A stretch of 64,000 nt of DNA, taken from positions 23,746,001 to 23,810,000 of the forward strand of contig CAIIXF020000001.1 in the NCBI GenBank assembly GCA_903813345.2. The letters are read 5' to 3'. Below are positions 22,401 to 32,402 of the stretch, piece after piece. Origin of the DNA: Owenia fusiformis. Lineage: Eukaryota. A program made the translations under genes and the position numbers. The stretch's first letter is position 1; every line of letters begins with the position of its first letter. The notes beneath the pieces are model-generated. The model was not told the origin of the DNA. It did no database searches and saw only the letters and a program-made list of their open reading frames with translations.

Positions 22401-25400
22401 CAAGTAACACTTACCTCCCAAAGTGCCATTTCTTTCACACCGTTACACAAAGCACAGAAAACATTTGGATATACAATCTTTGTGATATGATCTGTCACTG
22501 GTATTATTCCCTCAAATCCTGAGTTCATATAGCATTTGCTCATTACAGACTCATTTCTGTAGCTTGGCTTACAAGTATGTTTCATAAATGCAAACTTTTC
22601 ACTTGAGATCTGCATACAGGAGAAATCATGTGATGTCAGTTTGAAAAGCTCGCCATTGTTTCTTTTATAGTGTTGACTGAAATTGCCACACTCTGATGTG
22701 ATGTCGCTACAGCAGTCTCCATATACAGAGCAAAATTCATCACATGAGCATAAACTTGTATTATAAGAGGACACATAATTGCTTCTCTCTCCACATCTCT
22801 GTCTGCATGTGTTGGAAACACAGGTTCTGTACAGACTAATATTTGTGCCACACTGCCCTATGTCTGTTGTTGTTGTATCAGCACTGTTCCCATGAGTACT
22901 GTTGCACTCACTGCTGTTCAAATAAGTACTGTTGCATTCACAGATATTGGCCAGATCGTTTTGTAGTAGGATCATAGGCTCAAAGAATAATACAGAAGAT
23001 ACGACACTAAATTGGAAAATTTCGAAAAAAAAGTGACCACCTTTCAAAACGTTCCTTATACAAAATGGTACCTGTTTCCCCGTGACAGATTTTGCACTCA
23101 ATTTATAGCTGAGATCTTCATCTTTCTAGTTCTACTTGTTTGGTTAGAGTAAATAACCTATTGACGCAGTAATTCGACTTTTAATACGGCAAATATTTCT
23201 CACTTGATCCGGACCGTTGTGTGTCCAAATATCATTGTAATGATGACGTCACATTTCTGGAACCACGGGAGCAACATTCAGATTTGGACAGACAAGAGTC
23301 CGGCGATAAAATATCGCTGTTTTGGCCTCTTATCGACGCAGTATTGCTTGAATAACGGCCATTGGTGATAAAAAAGGTAAAGAATAACAAGACCCTTCGA
23401 ATGAGGTATGATTTGTCTCATATTTTTCAGAAATGGCTCCAGAATCGTCATTTTAAAATTTGAAATTTTCTGAGGTGTCTCATCTTGAGGAAATATTATT
23501 GAGCTACTGATTCTACTACAAAAGAATCTGGCCGGGATCTATGGTTGCATTCAGTGCTGTTCCAGTGAGTACTGTTGCGCTCAGTGCTGTTCCAATGAGT
23601 TCTGTTGCGCTCAATGCTGTTCAAATAAGTACTATTGCGCTCAGTGGTGTTCCAATGAGTAATTTTGTACTCAATGCTGTTCCAATGAGTACTGTTGCAC
23701 TCAGTGCTGTTCCAATGAGTTCTGTTATGCCCAGTGATGTTCCAGTGAGTACTGTTGCGCTCGGTGCTGTTCCAATAAGTACTGTTGTGCTCAGTGCTGT
23801 TCCAATGAGTACTGGTATACTCGGTTCTGTTTAATTGAGGAAAAGTAATGTCACTCCTTTTGCCAATATCTTTTAATTGTTTTACCTTAAATTGTTCACA
23901 TAATTCTGGCAAAGTTATAGATTTCAGAATCATCAATGTGAATACCAATTTCACACTGGTACAGCTCATCTTTACATCACCAATGCACACTCTTGACTAT
24001 ACTGTTCTGTTGTGGACGTACAAGCTCTAACCCATCAGCTACCCAAGCTTAAAATGCAACTATGGGAATGTCTTCACTTAACACTATTTCTCCCAGAATG
24101 GAATATCTCATGTAGCAAGTATACAATATATCATAATATAATGTTAATTTGAGTAATTATTTCTCTGTTGTATTCTGTATTTCACACTTTTCAATTATGT
24201 TTCTTAATCATAATCATGTCAGTGATACTTTCTCATTAGTAATCGAATATCATCATGGATATTTGAATCTACCTTTAAGGGCTAATTTATACATATATTG
24301 GATATACTGTATATCAGTTACCAGAGCTTCTTAATATTTTGTGAAATAGGAGTTCAAGCTTACTTATTGTTTCCTCTTTATTAATAACAAGATGATATTC
24401 ATTATCTTAAGAATTCTACAAAGAAATGCTACGATGGCAATCAGCTAATTTTCAATGTTGTCATCTGCCTCATTTTGCAATTAGTAAAGAAATTTCTATT
24501 AATGGCTGTTTGTTGTCATGTAAAGGAAATGAAGCACAGGAAATATCTATATATCCGAACACCTCTCTAATTTGAATCCCTCTTTATGTGAGCACTTCTC
24601 TTCTGATAATGCTTCTTCGTTCTCAAATAAAAACCTTGAACATCTACGCTTGAGGGTGGTTCTGTTTCAAGCACACAGAGGGACAAAGTCAAAAAAAAGT
24701 CAAAAAGAAGTTCAATTATGACTTAAGATTTGAGATTTGACCTTCAATGACCTTCTTAGGTCAAAAAAGGTCTTTCTTCAACTTGCTTCAGATTGACCAT
24801 TTTTTCAAAATCATCTACAGGTTCTCAACATTTCAAATCTGACTATAGATTTGACCTTAAATGACATTCCTAAGGTCAAAATAGATTTGACCTTTAATGA
24901 CCTCCTCAAGGTCAAAAAGGTCTTTTCTTTAATTGCTTCAACTAGGTGGTAACATGTCATGTTAATGCCTTGTACAAATACTTGATACTAAAATACATTC
25001 TTGTTACAGATGCATGTGTTTGATGACAACAAGAAGAAAGACTTGAGTGGTTACATGAAGACATTACCCTGTTCCCCTCTTCCTGATGGTGACTATGGTG
25101 TATATGCACTCGATTGTGAGATGGTAAGTGATGATGTGATAGCCATTACTCTATCATGCCAAGCTTCAGTGAACAGTATAGCAATTGTTATTTCCATGTG
25201 ACTGCATCTTCTGTGACATTATTGAAACGTGATGTGATGTAAAGTAGAGGTGTCAAGTATTAACCGGTTAACCGCCGATAATGTCTTGACCGGTCTGTGT
25301 TTTTATGGGTGGTTAGTTGACCGTGTATAATTCTGTTATTTCCCGCGCTTATATTGCATGCTAATCTGTTTGCTTTTAAAGTGTTAGTTTCACGTAAGCT

Positions 25401-28400
25401 ACTCATACATGTCATAAGTCCCATAACTCCTTACAAATATCCAATCAGCAACTTTAATCCCTGCCACATTGCTTTCCCGCGCTTACTTTGCATGTTAATC
25501 TGTTTGTTTTTCAAGCGTCAGTTTCATGTGAGCTACTCCATGTGATAGGTTCAATAACTCCTTACAAACATCCAATCAGCAACTTTAATCCCTGCCACAT
25601 TGCTTTCCCGCGCTTACTTTGCATGTTAATCTGTTTGTTTTTCAAGTGTCAGCCATGTGTAATCAACTCATAGGCCAGATTATTCCTTACAAACTCATTT
25701 CATAAATAAATTATATGCATTTTTTAATTCGTCAGTTTTTATATGGTATGACTCCACCATTGTTTTGCCGTTTTACTACATGCCACAATCAACCTCACTG
25801 CCATCATATCAAACCAGGCCCATTTTCCATCAAACTTGGCCCAACTACTATCAGGTGGATGTCCTTCAAAAATCAAGTTGGCATGGTTACCAAAGCCTAA
25901 TAGTTGCCATGGCAACCGTAGAAATGGGGTAAGAAATGAGAGCAAAAAAGCACCCAAACCCACCATATTGGCACTAATTTATAAAATATTTCTAGACATA
26001 CAAATTTTCTTAAACTTTGATATCATTTAGGACACTTCTAGACAACAAAAATATCAAAAATTGGGGGTAGGTTTACCACTTCAATTTTTTTCTAGGCTTG
26101 GTCAAAGTAAAACTATGAAAAAAGCACTCATTTTCCCTTTTGAATCACCTATTATCGCCCAAATGGCTATATTTTTTCAAGGTCAAGGTCGCCATGTTAA
26201 AAGTAGAATTACGGAGATAAATCTGCTCTTCAGACAATGTTTGATGGCTTTTCTTCACCACAGAACAAAGATCTTTGCCCTGGTATGCCCATTTCCATGA
26301 GATAATATACGTGAAAGAGGAACTATGTCTTTAAGTGTCATCAAAACTTTATGCCAACACGTGAAACGGCCATTTCCGCACTACTTTTGGTGTAATAATT
26401 CCATATTATTGTTGTCTATCAACGTCGCCAAAATGTCAAAGGTCAAAGCCTCGCTTTGGTAGTGAGAAAATTAAAATTAAATAAACACTAATCAGCTGCA
26501 ATTATCGTTGTTATGGTGCGTTCGTGGAGATTCCAAGGGTAAACCAGTGTGGTAAGTAATTTAGAGGTACCGGCCGGTAGTCAGGTAGTGTATGAATAGA
26601 ATAGAGTAAGGCTTGACGAACGTAAAAAATAAACGCCGATATATCATTTTTCCAAATTTTTTAACTTTCAAGATCGAAGATGAAGATTTCATTTGAAATT
26701 ATCAGTTCAAATTTCCCGCCAGTTAACCGACTTTAACCGGTAAAAACACCCGGTTAACCTGTTAATGCTCAAGCAGTTAATTGACACCACTCATGTAAAG
26801 TACAGCAGTATTATTAATATTTAGCCAATTTGTTAGGAAACATGAACTATAATACTTATTAAAGCTGCTAGAGCAAAACAAAATATCAATAACTTTTAGC
26901 TGACCTCAGGAGAAAGGAGAAAGACCAAAATAGTGAGCTTTGGATAAGAATAAAATTCCATTACATAAGATGTAGTAATAAACAAGCATATGCTTAAAGA
27001 AAAATGAAATTATCACAAACAAAACAAGAAAAGAAGGCCTTGTGATCTTTTAGAGTATCACACTTGACACAGGTAATCTCCCATTGTCTTTGGCATGTGA
27101 GTGTGCTTGGTTCTGTACAAATAAGCACAACAGTCCAAAAGGGTAATCCAGGAAGTAACCAATCCTGTATTCAATTCAGTTCATGAAGTATTCAATTCTC
27201 TGTGATTCCATTCAGTAGAAAGGGACGCTACCTTCCTTACTCAAAAAGTAAGAGGGTTATTGTCACCTGTTGTTCAGTAAATTTTCTTGTAATATGCTCC
27301 TTTGTCCTTCTGAATTTGCTATGCAACTACTTTAATTAATACAACATGTACAATCATTAACATGCAAAATTCCTCCACCTAACATTTGTTACAGACCCTG
27401 AACACCAGATGTCAAACACTGTCCACAAAAAAGTTGGAGACATAACAATATGTCACTACTTCTGGTGGTGACATAATATCTGTAATTTGTCATATTTATT
27501 TGACTTCATAGTGTCTCATTTCTACAGGTGTACACATTGAAAGGTTTTGAGCTGGCAAGGGTAACTGTAGTTGGAGACAACCTGAACTCAGTCTTTGAAA
27601 AAATTGTAAAACCTGAGAAAAAGATTATCGACTATAATACAAGGTAGGCCAATGGAAAGGAAACACTTTTTGTAGATGAATAGAAGCTTAAAGACCCAAT
27701 CATGGTAAGGTTTAAGAAAAAATTATGAATTTGATGTCTTGAAAATAGGCATTACCCTAAATTTTAAAGAATTGTCTACTATTTGTCCATTGAACGGTGT
27801 TTATGACAATTGGTTCAAAAGCAAAATTATTAATGTCTTGTCAGCTTGGCTAAACCTTTAACATGCGGCATAGATTAATGTTTGTTTGTTGTTTTTTGTC
27901 ACCCTGTATGTGTAGGTTCAGTGGATTGACAGAGGAAGACATGGAGGGAGTTGTTGCTACGCTGAGAGATGTACAAGCTGCCCTTCTCAGCCTTTTTGAT
28001 GACAAAACAATCCTCCTTGGGCACAGCTTGGAGAGTGATCTAACAGCCTTGAAGGTACATCACTTCACTGTTTTTACTGTACACTTGATTTTACAGGCCC
28101 GTAGCCAGGGGGGGTTGGCAGGGAACCCCCCCCCCCCCCCCGGCCAAAAATTCTTTCAAAATCATGCAGTTTTTCACCATTTTGAGCACTTCTCATGATT
28201 TTAGCCATATTTGGGCTAAAGTTGTCAAATGTGAACCCCCCTGGAAATGTTTGAAAACTGAACCCCCCCTCTTATACAGTCTTCATCAAAAAGTGGCATT
28301 TTTGGTCCACCCTGTAGATTGCATAAACAGAGTTTTTTGCGACTTTTGAAAGAATGACATTGAAAAAATCTCAAGAAGTTAATAGATTTTGCATTCATCA

Positions 28401-29539
28401 ACATAGAGATCACTGTTGGTTTTCATTAATTCGTTATACAGTTCTAGTCACGATAACATCATTGAGTTACGTGTAGTTTTCTGTATGAAAAATCAAAATT
28501 CTGCTTTTTATCTATGAGAGTATTCATGCCTAATCTAGTATACTGTAAATGTTATACAACATTGTCTTCGGCTGGGCACTTCCAGAAAGAATTGTACATT
28601 TTATCGATTGCAAGCCAAACTTGTCCATATGCTTAAATGTTAAATAAATCAAAAGAAATTACAAACATTAAATTTTGTATGGCTTATCGAAAATCAGAAA
28701 TTCTTTAGTTATTCTGATGTGATGTAAAACAGCTTTAGGAATATGTGAGTTTACGATAGATAACTGAGGTCATTCAGAGCAAAATAATACATACGAGGGG
28801 TGATCCAAAAGTTAGAGAGCAGTGAGCAATAACCTCAAAAATGCAATAACAATCAAATGTCCTCATTATTTATTTCAGCTTCTACACAACACTGTGGTTG
28901 ACACCTCTGTGGTATTCCCTCACAGATTAGGAGCTCCCTACAAACGAGCACTGAGAAATTTGATGGCAGAGTACAGACAGAAGATCATACAAAATGATGG
29001 TAAATATAGCATCAGATGTAATTAGGGGACTGCACCAAGATTATTGCACTCAGTTGAGAATCCATTTACCCCCACTTGAAAGTCAATTTACCCCCAGTTG
29101 AAAATCCTTTTACCCCAAGTTGAAAATCCATTTACCCCCAGTTGAAAATCCATTTATCCCCAGTTGAAAGTCCATTTAACCCCATTTGAAAATCCATTTA
29201 CCGCCAGTTGAAAGTCCATTTAACCCCATTTGAAAATCCATTTACCCCAGATGAAAATCCATTTATATTAGATTTTACCCAAATATACATACTATTTTCT
29301 TCATGTGGCATATAGGGTATTCCAAGAGTAAAAGGTAACAAGATTGCCCCTCTTCAGAATAGGTTGTGTGGTTTTGTGTTGATAAAGGAGAGGAATACAT
29401 GTGTACTTATTTATTCATGTTCATTTTATTTGTTCCAGTTGGTGGCCATGACAGCATGGAAGATGCCACATCCTGCATGGAACTCATGTTTTGGAAAATT
29501 AAAGAAGATGCTAAAAAAGAACTTATAAAACACAAATGA
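4358..29539 (+). CDS. REXO1: RNA exonuclease 1 homologue (DEDDh 3'-5' exonuclease), 15 coding exons, 1538 aa
   Basis: Exons 4358-4475, 5547-8320, 8686-8772, 9619-9741, 9973-10158, 10481-10624, 11223-11481, 12847-12993, 13265-13378, 19916-19989, 25010-25123, 27528-27643, 27916-28054, 28879-28999, 29439-29539; all GT-AG and phase-compatible (4617 nt). N-terminal CPY...[10 protein letters not shown] motif, CCRCG...ECVHHWGR, and catalytic motifs YALDCEM, GHSLESD and HDSMEDA. Confidence 0.93.
4607..5152. mobile_element. Fold-back Tc1/mariner-type MITE in REXO1 intron 1
   Basis: TA|CAGTTATCCCGTGCCAGGACT ... AGTCCTGGCACGGGATAAATG|TA; inverted arms of about 200 bp. Confidence 0.8.
5547..8320 (+). 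CDS. REXO1: REXO1 exon 2 (2.8 kb, low-complexity acidic and K/R/S-rich region)
   Basis: ORF 5627-8365; acceptor TTTTCAG at 5546; donor GTAAGT at 8321; contains LEYDP and [15 protein letters not shown] motifs. Confidence 0.9.
8804..8970. repeat. Hairpin/inverted repeat (probable MITE remnant) in REXO1 intron 3
   Basis: GAGCAGGGGTAATATTGTCGAATACACCC...GGGCTAGGCACAAA is mirrored by TTTGTGCCTAGCCC...GGGTGTATTCGACAATATTACACCTGCTC. Confidence 0.7.
11673..12883 (+). repeat. 52-bp tandem array (23 copies) of the intron-7 acceptor plus the start of exon 8
   Basis: Unit GTAGTGAGTTATACAACAGACTACAGCCTTCTTATTGTATGTTTTCCTTCAG; the last copy (AG at 12845-12846) is the in-frame acceptor. Confidence 0.95.
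12847..12993 (+). CDS. REXO1: REXO1 exon 8
   Basis: (G)[27 protein letters not shown]..., a conserved REXO1 block; donor GTTTGT. Confidence 0.9.
13265..13378 (+). CDS. REXO1: REXO1 exon 9
   Basis: (E)[37 protein letters not shown]; donor GTAGGT. The ORF track shows a different frame here. Confidence 0.88.
13413..19592 (+). mobile_element. Non-autonomous Helentron/HINE-like element, about 6.2 kb including nested inserts
   Basis: T-run, 5' subTIR GCTCACACAGT (13420-13430) with local IR GTGAGC, (GTCC)n microsatellite, 3' subTIR ACTGTGTGAGC (19564-19574), terminal hairpin AGGAC-GGTGG-GTCCT, then a T-run. Confidence 0.75.
14003..19005 (-). mobile_element. Decayed Academ-like DNA transposon with about 1-kb TIRs, nested in the HINE
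   Basis: Termini TAGCGCAGTCAGATGTCC / GGACATCTGACTGCGCTA; 3-bp TSD TTA; arms about 14003-15040 vs 18000-19005. Minus-strand remnants [11 protein letters not shown] (about 15892-15927) and NSDVVILA (about 15804-15827) resemble the Academ transposase HEEADTR/DTDV motifs. Confidence 0.7.
19741..19945 (+). repeat. Decayed tandem copies of the exon-10 acceptor and exon start
   Basis: TTTTAG|TCCAAG (19761), TTTTAG|TCTAAGGTGTGGTACAGGC (19797), TTTCAG|TCTATGGTGTGGTGGAGGCC (19860), and the true site TTTCAG|TCCATGGTGTGGTAGAGGCC (19915). Confidence 0.75.
19916..19989 (+). CDS. REXO1: REXO1 exon 10
   Basis: (L)[24 protein letters not shown]; donor GTAATG. Confidence 0.88.
22939..23543. mobile_element. 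605-bp MITE, copy 2, inserted in the nested gene
   Basis: TSD GTTGCATT at 22931-22938 and 23544-23551; same TIRs as copy 1; about 20 substitutions between the copies by eye. Confidence 0.92.
23544..23830 (-). repeat. 30-bp coding tandem repeat (10-aa unit [10 protein letters not shown])
   Basis: About 9-10 units of (CAGTGCTGTTCCAATGAGTACTGTTGCGCT)-like sequence, continuing at 22880-22938 on the far side of the MITE. Confidence 0.85.
25010..25123 (+). CDS. REXO1: REXO1 exon 11 (ExoI motif)
   Basis: [38 protein letters not shown]; donor GTAAGT. Confidence 0.92.
25245..26792. mobile_element. Non-autonomous hAT-type element with internal tandem repeats
   Basis: Termini TAGAGGTGTCAA / TTGACACCACTC; 8-bp TSD ATGTAAAG (25237-25244 and 26793-26800); subterminal TTAACCGG motifs; about 130-bp internal repeats at 25340-25670. 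Confidence 0.8.
27528..29539 (+). CDS. REXO1: REXO1 exons 12-15 (remainder of the DEDDh domain)
   Basis: [15 protein letters not shown]...IIDYNTR | FSGLTEEDM...[14 protein letters not shown] | [29 protein letters not shown]... | [25 protein letters not shown], then TGA. Confidence 0.92.
29055..29265. repeat. 22-bp minisatellite in REXO1 intron 14
   Basis: About 9 copies of AAAATCCATTTACCCCCAGTTG. Confidence 0.85.
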
Positions 29540-30686
29540 TAGATAAGAATACTCTAAGGCTGGGACAATTTTCATTTGCAATCATTTTGCTCCAGTGCTG
29601 TTTGGCACCTTAATTTAAGTTCTAAGTCAGAAGTAAATCATAAAGTAAGTGCTGGCTACAGACACAGTGTTCCTCAGTGACCACCTTACATGACCGATGA
29701 CGACCTTTCTTATTATACATTGACATTGATATATTTTGTTTTAACATGGGTACCTAGGAAAGAAGTCCATGGTTTTAACTGCGTAATTGTGCAATTTAAA
29801 AGCTGTTCTGTATGATAAAGTTGATTACAATGAAAATATTTGCAGTATAATATACAATGTAATTAGTTTCTTAAACGTTTGTTTTGTTAAATGTGTACAT
29901 GAAAATTAATGCCATCAGCACCAAATTCAGGAATCTCCAAAATTTTGATTTGAGCTCTAATCTGTAAATTTGCTGCTCTACAGTATAGACCAAGCAAAGT
30001 TGAAACCCTAGTATTTAGTATATTTCATATTCTACAGTATAACATGTCAAAGAATACTCTGACTACAATGTTATCAATGGTTATTATCTTGTTCTTTCAT
30101 AAACAACAGCCAAACTACATGATAACATTGCTCGTTAAACTGTTGAACTGTTTGAATATATCAGCTGCCATATGCAGACTGGGTCAAAAAAGACACTGCT
30201 CTAAAAACTTTTATCTATTTAAGCACATGCTATACTGCTATCTTGTGCTGATGTGAATTTGTGCGTCTGGGCAGGCGTGTAGGCAGGCGCTATATAAATC
30301 CTTGTGCTTTAAAAGCCCATGACAGATCTCATCAAATAGATTCTGAAGGAAACTGCAGCTTATCTATTCAACTTGAAAGTTTTACAAATGTGAGAGCAGA
30401 TGAGTACCAACATTTGATTAGGTTTTGGGCACCCTGGGTCAATGACATGGCCGCCATGTCCTTAAACGTTTGATATATGTTATCACTATGTGCCTTGTTT
30501 GAATAGTATACCAGTACACGTATCTATTTTATAACAAGGGAAATTTGTATCTTTATCATCCACTTGAGTTTTTGCATGCAGAGAGAACAATATAAAAGAA
30601 TAACTACATTCACACGTACGGTCATTATAATTCGAAAGTTCAGTTATTGAATAGCTCTCATCACATAGTGTAATGATTTTTTAAAG

Positions 30687-32402
30687 ATGAGTAAACCAAC
30701 TAATTTCGATGATATTCTTCATAAAATTGGTGGATTTGGACTATACCAAAAGCTTTTGATTATAGCTAACATTGTATTTTTCACCGGAAACAACTGGCAA
30801 TACATAATTACTAACTTCATAGTTGGTAAAGTTGGACATTGGTGTAAGCTGCCGCACATAAAAGGCATCAACCGGACTTATATGAAAGAATTTGCCATAC
30901 CAAAGACAACAGATGAACTTGGAAATGTAGATTTCGATCAATGTAAAATGTACGATTATAATTACACAGAATTATTAGATAACTCCAATCTCAAGCAGCC
31001 TTTTGCAGTACAAGCTGCTAATGTGTCCCGGGTTCCGTGTAAAAATGGATGGGAGTATGACAAGTCTACATTTTTGTCGACAGCCATGAGCCAGTTCAAC
31101 TTGGTCTGTGGCAGTGATTGGTTGTACACCATGCCTGCTACCGGCTTTATGGTTGGCATCCTTGTTGGGGCGACCTTTTCTGGCTGGATGTCTGATAGAT
31201 TTGGTCGGCAAAGAACAACAGTCATAATGATTCTACTCCAAATAGCAGCCATTGTAGCTGCAGCATTTTCTCCATATTTTTGGATGTTCGTTGTATTTCG
31301 TTTTCTAGCTGGAGTAGCAAGTATTGGATCGTATACGCCATTTTGGATATTGGTTTTAGAGAATATGCCACCTGTACACAGATCTCATTGTACGCAGTAT
31401 GTATCAATTGGACGCATAACAAGGTGCCTCGTGCCATTATTTGCATATTTTGTCAGAAACCACGTTCACCTACAGCTTGTATCGGCGGGAATGATTGTCC
31501 CAGGACTTATCTGCGTCTTCATCATGCCAGAAAGCCCAAGATGGCTTCTTTCAAAGAAACGATTTAATGAGTTTGAAAAAGTCGTCCGGAGAATAGCAAA
31601 AATCAACAAATGTGACTTTCCCGATGATATTGAAATGAATCCAATATGTAGCAACGGAACCTACTCTGAGCAGAATGAACAGGCGGCCAAGCAAGCGACT
31701 TTGTTCGATTTGTTCCGCTCACCACGGCTGAGAACGAGAACAATCATCACTTGGTTTATGTGGATTTCGGGAGTATTTGCAGTATACGCAATGATACTGA
31801 ATGTTGGGACATTGCTTCCCGGGTCCATTTATTTGAACATGCTATTTATTACCGGTGTTTCCGAATTCTTTTCGTTCTTCACTATATGGCTCGGTCTATT
31901 TAAAATTGGACGACGCTGGACTTTAGTTGTATTTTTCATTATCAATGGCATCTGTTCTCTTTTAATAATACCTCTGCTTTTGATTGACATCTCTATTATA
32001 GTTACCATAAACGCTATGATTGGGATGGTCGCTATGATGACAGTTGCTCGAATTATTTACTTATACCAGGGGGAGATATATCCGACATCAGCACGCAATA
32101 TAGGATTAGGAAGCGCTTCGAGCTTTGGTCGCTTTGGGGGCTTAATTTCACCCCAGATACCCCTTTTGAAGAAAGTGTGGTTTGGGCTGCCGTACATTTG
32201 TCTAGCAATATTTCCTATTGTGGCTGGATTTTTGGCATATTTTCTCCCAGAAACAAAAGACAAACGTCTTCCAGAAACGTTAGAAGAGGCAGAAATGTTT
32301 GGAACTCCGGAGTATGATAAAGATGGCGTGATTGATGGTAACATAGATGTTGCCAAGCCATTGATAAAGAGTGCCTCGGAGAACAAAAACAAAATAGTGT
32401 AA
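30687..32402 (+). CDS. SLC22-family organic cation/carnitine-type MFS transporter with intronless CDS, 571 aa
   Basis: FDDILHKIGGFGLYQK start; Cys-containing first loop (HWC...CKNGWEYD...FNLVC); SDRFGR, PESPRWL, EIYPTSARN and LPETK motifs; multiple TM segments. Confidence 0.95.
   Translation: MSKPTNFDDILHKIGGFGLYQKLLIIANIVFFTGNNWQYIITNFIVGKVGHWCKLPHIKGINRTYMKEFAIPKTTDELGNVDFDQCKMYDYNYTELLDNSNLKQPFAVQAANVSRVPCKNGWEYDKSTFLSTAMSQFNLVCGSDWLYTMPATGFMVGILVGATFSGWMSDRFGRQRTTVIMILLQIAAIVAAAFSPYFWMFVVFRFLAGVASIGSYTPFWILVLENMPPVHRSHCTQYVSIGRITRCLVPLFAYFVRNHVHLQLVSAGMIVPGLICVFIMPESPRWLLSKKRFNEFEKVVRRIAKINKCDFPDDIEMNPICSNGTYSEQNEQAAKQATLFDLFRSPRLRTRTIITWFMWISGVFAVYAMILNVGTLLPGSIYLNMLFITGVSEFFSFFTIWLGLFKIGRRWTLVVFFIINGICSLLIIPLLLIDISIIVTINAMIGMVAMMTVARIIYLYQGEIYPTSARNIGLGSASSFGRFGGLISPQIPLLKKVWFGLPYICLAIFPIVAGFLAYFLPETKDKRLPETLEEAEMFGTPEYDKDGVIDGNIDVAKPLIKSASENKNKIV

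Larger units (their letters stand above)
21419..23969 (-). pseudogene. Intronless somatomedin-B-domain, Cys-rich secreted or membrane-anchored glycoprotein gene, nested antisense in REXO1 intron 10 and interrupted by a MITE
   Basis: ORFs 23496-23990 and 21419-23101 fuse in frame (...[16 protein letters not shown]...) when 22939-23543 plus one TSD is removed, giving 645 aa from ATG 23969. Features: signal-peptide-like start, N-x-T repeats, SMB motif CRQRCG...[26 protein letters not shown] motif, hydrophobic C-terminus. Confidence 0.8.

Noticed and set aside
22939-23101. N-terminus of the 560-aa ORF (MSAKSVTGK...) as the real protein start
   Set aside because: It lies inside the MITE and begins at a TTG; the likely true start is ATG 23969 on the other side of the insertion.
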